This document shows, one piece after another, positions 1 to 11,849 of a stretch of 64,000 nt of DNA (position 1 is the first letter of the stretch; each line of letters begins with the position of its first letter). The stretch comes from Lama glama. Lineage: Eukaryota. The translations under genes and the position numbers were made by a program. The notes below the pieces were generated by a model. That model was not told the DNA's origin and did not search any database. It was given only the letters and a program-made list of their open reading frames with translations. The stretch is taken from contig CM052816.1 in NCBI GenBank assembly GCA_028534125.1, positions 69,628,001 to 69,692,000 of the forward strand. Reading direction: 5' to 3'.

Positions 1-2041
1 GTGGGACTGAGCATTAGGTCACATCTCAGCCAAGAATGTGTGAAAAGTAGGCTAACACATGTAGAGAGTGTAGCTTTCCTGGGATTTAGAGTAAATCTTA
101 TATACCAAGAGGCTCATCCTAACAAAAAGTATGTGGCATTTAGGGAGAATTATGACCTCCTAAAATCAAATGGTTTGAGAGGAGGTTGCGTGACCCAAGG
201 ATTTTTAAGTTCAAGAGGAAAGAATTAAGTGTCTTAAGTTCAATATATGCAGATATGAAACCATTATTCACCAACAGAGATATGCTCAGAAGACAGGTGA
301 GTCAGAGTTCAATCAGATTGTCAATCCAGGGGAAAATTCTGAAATCAAGGGAGAAACTCAAGAAATTAGGTGTAAAGATAGGCAGATACTAAGAGCCCAA
401 ATGACGCTGAAGTGCAGAATTCTCAGGAAGTTCTGCACATCCTATGGTTAATTCAGGAGCTTGGCATGACCCCTGTTCCTTCCCACTAATTCCTTCCTCT
501 GCCCTTTCAAGATATTTCCGAGGCTCTCCATCACCCACTTCCCAACCTTAAGTTTAATTTCTCACTTCTTCAAAATAGGAAGCGGCATGACCTTGTGTTC
601 CTTATCAAGTAAGAAGAAATGGCACAGGATGAAACAACAATGACTAATGGAGTTAAATTAAATGAAAGTCACTTTTGGTAGATCTTAACAGACTTAATGT
701 CTGTGCACACACACTGACAGATGCTTGTGTGTGTATATGTATATCCTGCATAATTTATATGTTATGTATATGTACGTAATTCTGTGTTCTTATCAGTCTT
801 CTCTTTTAATGAGTTTTCCTTACAACTTCCACTTAAAAATTCCTATAAATCTCATTCACATCAATTTTTCTCATATGGTCTTTTCCTACTGTTCATGCAG
901 TCACTCTAGTGCAGTTTTATGTATGTCAAGCAGGATTTTAGGAGCTGGGAATAAAAGAGATTTAGAACACATCTTGTCTTCAAGGGACTCATGGTTCAGT
1001 GATGGAGACCTTCATGAAAACAAATATTTGATGTTAATGAAATTTTTGAAAATAATGAAATTAAGTGGGGGTAAATATAAGATAAGGGATGACACAAAGA
1101 TAGACCTAGTCCAGCCTGGTGGTATGATGGGTGAGTCCTGTCTCACTCTTTTGAGAATGTCTTGCTCTCCTCAGCTTACCTGTCATACCCATCAGGCTGT
1201 ACCAATTATACTTACGTAAATTGAAACTCTGAAATTTCTTCTGTCTTCTCTTCCCGCACATTCTCATTTAATCTTTGCAATTTGATGCCCAGAGAATAGA
1301 TGCTATTGTTATCTCACAGATAGTGAGACACAGGACACCTAGATGCTTAGACATTAAGTGACTTGATCAAAGTTACTTGGAAAAGGAGGTGTAGGAGTCA
1401 AATCTGAGCATTTACACTCAACCAGTGTACTCAATACAGAAAGCACTGTACCCAGTGTCTGGTACAGAGACCGCCCACATGTTGTCTGCTGCTTCTTTTA
1501 TTATTATTATATGAACAATTTAAAGTCTTCTGTGCTGGTATCATTCTCACTGTATTGATAAAACATAAACACCTTACCCTGCTCAAAACGTCTAGGACTT
1601 TCTAATTATTGTAGCAGCTTTTATCATTTGTTTTATCTCTTTATTTAGAGGTCTTTCAAGTCAAACTCTTATTCTTGTGGTTCTGACTAGTGCTGAAGTC
1701 ATGCTTCCCTCTTCTGATTTCTTCAAGACTGCCTTCTGAGGCAAAGTCTTACCTTATTCAAGGTAGTTCCTCAGACTTTCAGGATCTTCCATCAACATGT
1801 CATTTTCATATTCTTTTATTCTTTTGATTCATTCAGTCAGCAGATATTTACTGAGTACATATTATGGATTCAGGCTGAATTCTAGAATATGGTGGAGGTA
1901 ACAATGTCAAAGCAGGCATAGTCCCTGCGTAGACAAGCTAACAGACAAGAGAAAACTCTAAATATGTCCTTCTCTCCTTGATTAAAGCCAAATATTATTT
2001 CTTATAGGCCTAAAACACATTTGTAAGTTAATCCCTTCCAT

Positions 2042-2173
2042 TCTTTTTTTTTTTTTAATGAGGGGGAAGTAATTAGGTTTATTTGTATTTGGAGGAGGTA
2101 CTGAGGATTGAATCAAGGAACTCGTGCATGCTAAGCACACACTCTACCACTGAGCTCTAACTGCCACCCCCCC
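2042..2173 (-). mobile_element. Camelid tRNA-derived SINE (vic-1/ALPINE-like)
   Basis: Reverse complement reads ...AGCTCAGTGGTAGAGTGTGTGCTTAGCATGCACGAGTTCCTTGATTCAATCCTCAGTACCTCC...AAACCTAATTACTTCCCCC then poly(A). A 12-bp TSD aatcccttccat lies at 2030-2041 and 2174-2185. Confidence 0.9.
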
Positions 2174-2499
2174 AATCCCTTCCATGCATGAAGGGATTTT
2201 TTTTTCATACCATCCAGCTAGGCTGAGTGTTCTGATCCCTCTGGAGGACATTCTGTAGTAATGCTCAGGGAACTTTTTTCCTGTATGTTTTTTTTCATTT
2301 GGGGAGCTTTTCTTTTTTTTTTTTAAACTAATCTCAAGCCTTTCTCTTTAAGCTTTAATTAATTACTCTGCTTGTCTCGCTCTATTATTTTTATTTTTCT
2401 GGATGTTGTGCAAGACACCAAGCAGGATCCTGGGTAGACAGATAAATTAATCTCTCAAAGGATTTTCCTTCCTCCTAGTGACTTGTTTCAAAGCCGAGA

Positions 2500-2680
2500 T
2501 ACTCTGTATGATTCCAGGCAAGTCTATTCCCCTATATCTCTATTTCTTTATCTGTAAAATGTGGTAATAATATTTCCTACAGCATATAATCCCTGTGAGG
2601 ACTTAGATTAGTTAATGTGGGTCAAGTACTTGGACACTGCCTGACCCATAGCTAACACTTCTGGAAGATTTACTTTTTAT
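2500..2680 (+). mobile_element. MIR SINE
   Basis: Core tatttctttatctgtaaaatgtggtaataata and tail aagtacttggacactgcctgacccatagctaacact. Confidence 0.75.
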
Positions 2681-5600
2681 TATAATTATACCCTTACTCC
2701 CTCACACCCCAAAAAAACACCTTTTGATAAAGTCCCGTTTCCCCAAGGTCTCTGAGGATAACACAAATCACATGTTGAATGCATTTTCTTTTTGTGGTCA
2801 CACCTCTCTGCCTTCTAGACAAGGTGATTTTTTCTTTCATTGTATACCTGTTTAAACTGAAAAGGCCCTGGAAGGGACCTCACTGGAGTGTTGATAGTGA
2901 ATGTTTTTATCCCTTTCTACCATATCGCCTTTCCTTCTGTTTTCGTATTCCACCTGAAAAATCTCTTCTGTCTGTCACAGTGCCTCTTAATTGCTTTCAT
3001 TCTGTTTGGCTTATGTATTTTAACCACATTACTAGGGAAGTGAAGCATCTGGCATTTAACTGAGTTGGAAGCAGTGGTCACACTGCAGTGACATCACAGC
3101 TCTGATAATTTTTCATCTTAGAAATTTCCAGTTCTTAAATCTGTGAACAGACTTTTATGCGCTTGTCGGTGGTCTTCTCATGATTTTGAAATTTCATGTA
3201 CCAATTGATAGAATCCAGAGAGGAAGATTTTCATTTCTTAACATGTGTGATTTGTTACCATTTATCAATAAGGAACCAGACATCATCATGTTCCCTTTTC
3301 TTTCTCTGACTGAATTCTGGAATCTTGGTTGGTTGTGCCAAATGACTTGTTTTCTTTCCTTAATATTCTAATGAGTTATGTCTGAGTTGTTTTCCCACCC
3401 CCTATCCTGGTCCCCACCCCCATCCAGTATACTCTTTAGCAGTCTTGTCTTCCCAGTTGACTTTGGAAAAGGCAAAGAAATGCTACAAAGCAGTTAGCTG
3501 CCCTTTCCGCTTCAGTTTTCATTGCCGCTAGTTGTCAATCAAAAGGAAAGTTCATGAGGATTTTTGTTTGCACTTTATTTTCTCCTCTAAGGAGAAGACA
3601 ACTTTTCTTGTTCAAAAGGTGGTGAGAGTAGTATGGAAAGTGCAGGTTGTGTTCATTTACCCATTTACTTCAGCCCATGCAATAGAGATTGAATGGTTTT
3701 TGAGGATTGTCAGCTAAGCCATTTTTTAAAGGTTGCTTCTTTCAGCAGCCAAGCTGTTATATGAAACAGATGTTGACTCTGTCCTGGTTCTTTGTTTGCC
3801 TGGAGGAATACGCCTCCTCATAGTGAAAGGTGCTGTTTCTTTGTATCCTGCTAGTTATCTTCAGCTGCCATTAATCTGTCCAGGTTATTTGCATTTCTTA
3901 ATTTCTCCAGAAACTGTACAGGGCAAACTACTTAACAGACAACCCAGGGGGCACTGCTGCCCGCTTCTTTTAATTTCTGCTTTTTGTACCCAGGCCATTT
4001 AATGTCTTTCACCAAAATAAAACTTTCTTCCTTCAGAATCTTTTAGTAAAACTTATTTTGGAGGGAAGAATAGCCCTTTAATTTTTATCTGATGCAATCT
4101 CACAATCCTGTGTACATTATTATTATTTCCTCTAAATCACCACTACCACCTCCTATTGAAAAATTAATACAACTAAATACCTATTAGTTTAACGTACCCA
4201 CTAGCTCTGAAGATCATGCTATACCACAAAGAGGAGGAATCAAGACAACATAAACCAATAAATTGGTTGTGTATTAGGAAAAGAATCAGCACAGGCAGAC
4301 GGACTTGGAAAGGTTATTACGACCACCTGGCTTTAAGGGACAAGTGGAGTTTGTAGGTTCTTTGCTGTGTAGGAGAAAGAAACTTGCCATTTAAAAACTG
4401 AGACATCTCCAGACATAGATATCTGTGAAAGAGAAGGCAAGAAATTGTGACCCTGGCAAAGGAACATGACAGCACAGAGTGATGAGGGCCCAAGTATGGC
4501 CAGGTCCGCAGGCTACCTTCGGACCATGCTGTAATCTCAATCACAGTCAGCTCCATACAAGTAAATGTGTGTGTTCTGTATGTGCTGTATAATTATAAGG
4601 AGGAAATGTGGTTCAGCAAGAAGAGTGTAGCCTTAATGCACTCTGTCCCCCTCTGCATTTGAATTTCTTGTTGTTGTTTTCTTATCTGTAAAATGTAAGT
4701 CTGAATAAATCATCACTGCTTATTTCCCAAGGGGTTGGGCTGGAAAAGAAAAGTTTAATTGCCTAAAACCCCTCAAGAGAGATGCTTTAAGAATAGACAG
4801 TGGTATTCCCACTAATTCTCTTTTTATAGTTGTGGATCCAGTGTGATATGTCATATTGAATGATCGAAACTTCTTGCTATAGTATTGTTTCCTTATCTAG
4901 GAAAAGAAGCAGACCTTTATGGAATGGGAACAGCCAGTTAACTCCTGGCTCCCTGAGCTGTGTACTTTCTCACTTAGGCTTAGGCTCTACTAGGGGAAAT
5001 GATATTGGTATAAAGCCAAGTCACTTGGATGTGAGTTAAAAGGCCACAGCTATCTGAATTGGTTGAACAGGATCCCAGGGTGGTGGTGTTCAAGCGTTTT
5101 TTACACTTGCTAAGGGAAAATGGAGCCAAACAGTCAGCAGAGCCAAATAAATGAATCTAGGGGCCCAGAAGTCTGTTACTGGCTGATGTAGACCTGACCT
5201 TAATTTTTGTTTTCTTCTGGAGAAGTGCCCTAGGAAATTTTTTTGAAATCTGTCTTCCCAGTCATAGTTTAGCATAGTGCTTAACAATTTGCTTCTTCTC
5301 AGACTCTACGTATATATATCGAATGTTCTAGAAACTAGTTTCCTGGCGTTTTAAACCTCTCACACACTGCCCTCTGCCCTCCACCTTGGCAGTAGGGATC
5401 TCACGTGCCTCTGAGGTTGCTGCTTCACTGCTGTTTCCTCCTTAGGGGCAATCAGGTCATGTCCTGTCTTCTAGCTCTACCAAACTTCCTCACAGAACAT
5501 TTGTGTTGGGTTCTTAGCTTAACTTCTTATCCCTCGCAGGGGATTAGGTATTTCTGTTTCTCCCAGGGATTGCCATAATAGCAACTAATTTTCATTGTGT

Positions 5601-7549
5601 ATTTGGTTTCACTGTGATATTGCTGCAACAGCACTGGAAGTCAGGAGACCAGTATTTTCCTCTAACAAAACAAGCCAGGGGACATTGGGCAAGGCATTGA
5701 ACTTTTCCATCGCTCCCTTCTTTTTTAGCAGCTGAAGATGCTGATAACTGTTCTTTTTGGTATAACACAACTAGTTTATTTTTTATATAATTACTTATAG
5801 TGTCTACTTCGCTTCAGCCTCTGGGAATCATAGAACCAGTCACTAACAACTGTGCAGGACTATAAATTATTTTCTCTATTTTCCTTTAATCCTGACTTTG
5901 TCAATTATTTTTATTTTTTGTACAGTAGGTATTTTAATAAATCTCAGTTTTTGTTTTGTGTGTGTAGTGTGAGGCAGACCGTACATCCATGAAATAACAA
6001 ATAACTAATACAAACTTAACAAAGTTGCTGTCACTGTGTTCTTTACTTTGAGAAACATTACAGTCTGATATGGGAAGTACTGTAACAGGACTGAGTACAA
6101 GATGCAACTAGGATCATATAGAAAGGACAAAGAAGGCATCACAGAAAGGCAGTCTAGGAAAAGGAACAAATGAAATGAAAGTCATGGAAGTGACAGTGGG
6201 CTTGGTATACAGTCTTGTCCATAATAAACGAAGCCTGCTGTCACCTCCTTGACTTTTGTCCCATCTGTTCCTAGGCTTTTTCCTCTGTTATGTTATCTTT
6301 ATCCTCTCTATATGATCCTAATTGCATCTTACACTCAATATTTTTACAGTATTTACCAAATTGTATAAAGTTATGAAGAACTGAAAAGCACACTGTAATC
6401 TTAAGGGTTTGTTGTAGTATAAAATATATCCATAGTTCTAAACTAGAAAGAAATTTGCTAAAGTATGCCCCAGGATGCTAAAGTAATGGTAGATTCTTCA
6501 AAGGCAAAATGTGTTGTTGTTGTTTAATTCATTTCAGTGAAAAGTTAACGGATACTAAATATATGCTGAGCCCTGAGGATTCACTTTCTGCCTTGTACAT
6601 GTGCACACACACACAAACACACACAAACTCTTCTGAACCCATTTCTTTGGCTACTTTGAGGGACAGTGATGTTGACCATAACAATTATGGAAGTTCTCAT
6701 AAAAATTAAGTAGCTTACTAGATTTCTGTAATTGGAATGGCAGCTTGACAATGGTTGAAGAGATAATATGTTTGTAACTATTCATCACTTAACTAGACTG
6801 GATTGATTCTCTGACACATGCTGGAGCCAAACAAAATAGAACTGGTAGGATTTGTTTTTGAAGTGTCACAAATTTGTTCCTTTTAATTTTTTAAGGTCCA
6901 AAATATTGTTGAAAGGCTCTGTTGAAGATGCTTGATTATTTTAATTTTGGGATTCACTGGTGTTTATGGCATTGTTGTGAGAGGTAATAATGTGACGAAT
7001 TTAACCTCATATGAAGTTAATTTTTTTTAACATGAGTATGGGAAACTTTTATGATTGAAAATTGAAGGTTGATTTTTTTTTTTTTGCAACTAGGTCTATT
7101 CTCCCTCCCTTGCCGAAATCTCATGAAATGACAAAAAACAAGCAATAATAAATTGAATCTATAACAAAGATAGACTTAAATCTGTAATAAAGAAAGGAAA
7201 GCAAGACAAAGCTTGAGGTACAGACAATGGAAACATGAAATAGAAGGGGAATTCATCAGGATTATTAATCAGGGAGCTTATCAAAGTTATTAATTGAGGC
7301 TTTACATTTGGAGCCATGCCTTTATTTTTCTTTTCTTCTTGTGTTAGGTAGTGGATAGCAGCTGTGTTTACCCACAACTAAATACTTGAGTGTGGGTGCT
7401 AGACTCAGAGAGGCGGGGCAGTGCCCCAGTGATATACTGAATGCCAGGTGGGTTAGAAAGCCCACACACAAGGGAGACAAGCCGCTTGTCTGTCCCTGTT
7501 AATCACTGGAAACAGGCAATGGTAAACAAAATGGCTGGCAAACAGAGAT

Positions 7550-8070
7550 TTTCAGAGGATAAGCATATAATCATAACATACCACAGTATGAGGAAAACCA
7601 ACACCACGAAAGAAAGACACCCAGTCAAAAGTCAGAAGAAAAAAATTTCCAAGGACCTAGAGGTAATAGAGTGGTCAGAAGAAGACATCCAGAGGGATGG
7701 AAGGTTTTATATTCATGAAAAAGAACATAGTTTAGAATTTTGGAAACCAAAATGTGACTAAAAATTTTTAAATGAAAACGTCAGTTGACGTTAGATGTAA
7801 CTTAGTGAAACTAAGGATTGAGCTAGGGAATTTCTCCAGAATGCCTGCGGAAAGGAGTACTTTGGAAGTCTGAAAGAAAATTTAAGAGAGATAGGAAATA
7901 GTTACAGAAGTTCTAGCATCCCTCTATGAAGAGCTCTAAAAGGAGAGTAAAGAAAAACTAGAGAGAATAAAATAATCAAAGAAATAATAGAAAAAGAGCC
8001 TCAAATATGAAAAAGAATACTGAGATTTAGTGAATCTTCTGAGTGCCAAGAAAAGTCCGTATCTAGACAT
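7550..8070 (+). mobile_element. Degenerate L1/HAL1 ORF1-like remnant
   Basis: A-rich purine-biased sequence with ORF1-like motifs (gaaataatagaaaaagagcctcaaatatgaaa). No intact ORF. Confidence 0.5.
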
Positions 8071-8077
8071 GACGTGA

Positions 8078-8553
8078 ATATCAGTTGGTGAATGGATAAA
8101 CCAGTTGTGGTATATCCATACAATGAAGTAGTATTTAGCAATAAAAAATAGTGAACTGTTGGCACATGCCACAGCATAGATGAAATCACAAAGTTATTGT
8201 GCAGAGTGAAAGAAGCCAGACACAATGGAGCATGTAGAGTAGTATTCCCATACTGGAATAAATTTATATCCTATTTATATAAGATTCTAGAAAATGTGAA
8301 CCAATATTTAGTGACAGAAAATATCTCAGTGATTCCCTGAGGGATAGAGACAGGAGGCAAGGGGAGGGGTGGAACGGAGGGATTAAAAGGGTCATGAGAA
8401 AAATTTGGGGGGTGATGGATGCACTTATTATCTCGATTGTGGTGATGGTTTCACAGATACACACATTATGTCAAAATTTATCAAATCATATCCTTTAAAT
8501 ATGTGCACTTTATCCTATGTCATTTATACCACAGTAAGACTTAATATTAAAAA
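8078..8553 (+). mobile_element. L1MC/L1MD-type 3' end
   Basis: Runs gtgaatggataaaccagttgtggtatatccatacaatg ... gagtgaaagaagccagacacaa ... tattatctcgattgtggtgatggtttcaca ... tttaaatatgtgcacttta. Confidence 0.85.
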
Positions 8554-10127
8554 TATTTTATACCCCTAGAAATTGAAAGATACTCTTTCAATCATCTCAG
8601 GTTAAAAGTCATGGAAGTATGTTTTGTGGAGGACTTAGTGCCCTTTTCTTGAACTGCTTTCCAGTAAAGGGTTATTTTAAATAGGCTACATTAACGTTCA
8701 TGGTTTAAAAAAAGATAAATGTAATTGGGAGAAGACTCAGAAAGAAAAATACCAATTTCTGGATAATCATATATAGCTGCATTGTTAAGATTAAATATAT
8801 AAGTACTTAAAACTGTAAGATCAAAATGTTATCAAATCCATCAATTTAATGTGTATATTTTTAAAATCTCAATGCTAATAAGACAGATTGATTTGTCTGT
8901 GCTCAGCAGCCCTCAATTAATGAAAGAAATATGTATGACAGATTCATTATACAAAGAATGAGAGATTTCCTCAGAATAAACCAGTTGTGGTACATTCCAT
9001 AGAGATGCTCAAAACCATAGTTATAAAATATTCTCTTCCCAATCCTAACAGTTATATTTCTGAAAAATATTTGTGTTGGTGATTCTGAAATTGGCAACAT
9101 GCAAGTCTTAGAGAAAGTTGGAGGTTGAAGGGAAAAACCAATAATAATAACACTAAGGTGAACTAATGTTATTAGAAAGCATCTGATTCCAAACCACATT
9201 AGAATAATTAGTATTTTTAAAATATATTTTGTGTGTGTGTGAAATACCTTTTTTTGGTTCAGGAATCTTCACTGCTTTAACGTATTTTGAGCCAATTTTA
9301 GGCTCTCCGGATTGCACCTCTGGTTAAAATTTCTTAACCTGACCTTATTTTGGCATAAATAGTAGTGTATTTTTCATTTGTATTTTCCCCTTGTTTCATT
9401 TTTGCAAGTCTCGACAAAATGCCTGGTTAAGATTGATAAGGCATGTTTATCTATAATAATCCACACATAATATGGTAAGCTGGTAGAACGTAAAATATTT
9501 TTTTCTCTCTGTACTTTGCTGCCAGTGATCCCAAGTTCTTTGGTGTGGGAGCCACCACTGCCGCTTTCTTGTTCTTTAAGGTGATGACATTTTTTAAATT
9601 TGAGATACATAAATATAAACCCCTTTATCTCAAAATCATCGTTTGTGGTACAGTCAGAGCTGATGATGGGCTTACCATAGTATTAAACAGTTCACACTTC
9701 AGGGCTTAGAGGCTGAGTGCTAATCTTTTCTTGTCTCAGTTTTCTTTCTTTTTCTTCCAAAGTCCTCTACATAGGTTTCAGTATCAATACTTTTTTTCCT
9801 CTTACTAATTAGATTAAATCTCAGTAAGTGAGGATGGACCTAATATTAGCTGGGAAGATAAAAATGCAGAATAGACTTCTTGGAAACTTAGTTGTCAGAT
9901 AAATGTGGATTTTTAAGGTAGATAATCATTAGATAGATGCATTTATATTTTTTAAATGTGGGCTTTGCTGCTGTTACTCCTTTATATAAAGTTGTCTATT
10001 TTTGCAAAATTTATCAAATTGTGGGGCATGGTCTTTTCTTAAGCAGATGAAAATCTGTTTAAATGGTAATGTGTTAAGATCTAGAATGATTATACCTTAA
10101 ATCTAGAATCCAGAAAATTACCTAAAG

Positions 10128-10163
10128 ATTTTATCTGTATCTCTGAACAGATACAGATAAAAT
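10128..10163. repeat. Perfect inverted repeat, 15-bp arms and 6-nt spacer
   Basis: attttatctgtatct-ctgaac-agatacagataaaat. Confidence 0.95.
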
Positions 10164-11806
10164 TTCCTAGTCACTTTAGAATCTAGATGTGTCCGTAAAA
10201 AAATCGTGAGAGGCTCAGGCTGTGAAACACTGAAAACATTCAATTCTGCAGTGTTCTTAGATCCGGGTGAGAATGACTACAGGCAGCAACAGCTGAAATT
10301 TAAGAATTGAAATGTCAATTACTCCTCATTCTCCAAAACTGGTATATAATAAATTGGTTTTCTAACAGTTCCTTCAAAAGTTTGTTTTCTCTTTCTGGGT
10401 TTATCATGTGTGTTACTTATTATGAAGCTTAGTTAAACTCTTGTTACAGATTTGGATGAGGACTCAAAAAAAGAAAGAAATCAAATGAATCCACTGGGGG
10501 ATTCAGGTATACCAGGAATCATACTGTGACCCAACTGTACCAGGAATCATCTTGTGGCTAAAAGAGCAATACTGTACACAAGAACCTTTTTATTCGGTGA
10601 AGTTATTTTCTTTATTTCGTCAGGTCTTTGAACGGGCCCGTGTATGCAAGGGAGCTGAGAGGGAAGACCCCAAATCAGCCCCATACTTCTACCAAAAATG
10701 AAGGAATAACAATTCAGGGCGAAATACATGAAAACAGCAAATACTTCAGATGAATTCCAGATACCGAGGCAGAAACCTCTTGTGTTCTACATATTTAATT
10801 GTCAGCCTTTGCCAGGGCTCATGTGTTTTTATTTGTTTGTTTCAAGCAACTTTGTCTCCTCTTTTTAATGTTAAATATTTTGTCCTAGTCCTGTCCTAGG
10901 CAGGCTCCATGTTTTGATGTGTTGAGCTTCAGAACTTCTTCACAGCGGTCTTTTTTTGTTTCAGGTATTAAACATCTTCTTAACCTCTATCTACATAGGA
11001 CCCTAACTCTTCCCTAGTCTGGTTACTTCATGGAACTAAAACAACACACAGCTTTCTGCATGGCTGAACCTTCCCACCCTATGTCTTTTCTCTCCTTCAG
11101 GTTTCTGAATTTTGTTTCTCTTCAGGTCAGTGTAGAAAAAAGGAAAAAACAACATCAAAGAAACTATATATGTCACTTTCCCTTAATTTTTTTTTCTTTT
11201 TTTGTATTCTGATCTGAAAGAGGTTATAATATAATAATTTGGAGACTCTGTTCCAGCTAATTCTGTCCTTCTCTAATCAGCTCAATCTGAGGCTAAATGT
11301 ATTAAAATATAACACATATATACATATATATATATTTTTTATGCATTGGAGAGTGAGGGTGTGATCTTAACAAGCCTTGAAAGTTTTTCTCTACCAAAGC
11401 TTTTGTCGGAGACTAATGGTCAATCTTCCCATTTAATCTTTAAGAGCCAATTTAATAAAGTGAGACTGTTTGAAAACAAAATTATATAATATGGTTTTCC
11501 TCTTAGGAGATAAAAGGAAAATCATTTTACATTGCCTTATATAGGAAGCATTGAGTACTACCCAGATTTAAAGGATTTAAATAGTTTACTTCAGTTTGAT
11601 TATTTGCATGCAATATACCATTACAAAGAATTCTTTAGTGAAGTGGTACTGGGCAGTTTGATAGGACTTTGATATCACCATGACACCTCAGCATGATTAT
11701 CATCTTTGGATACTGTCCTTTTGCAAAAATCAGTAGGATGTTCGTCATCTGTCATTTAAAATATTACTGAGAGCTTGCTGTTTCAAGACGTATAATTGAG
11801 CTCTGC

Positions 11807-11849
11807 TTTAAGAAAACCCTATGTATAAAATACATAGGGTTTTCTTAAA
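11807..11849. repeat. Perfect inverted repeat, 20-bp arms and 3-nt spacer
   Basis: tttaagaaaaccctatgtat-aaa-atacatagggttttcttaaa. Confidence 0.95.

Noticed and set aside
725..1219. 164-aa ORF
   Set aside because: It begins in low-complexity TA/TG sequence and runs through an L2-like remnant, with no protein-family signal.
10510..10558. Two copies of taccaggaatcat at 28-bp spacing
   Set aside because: Only two units, so it is an ordinary small tandem duplication.
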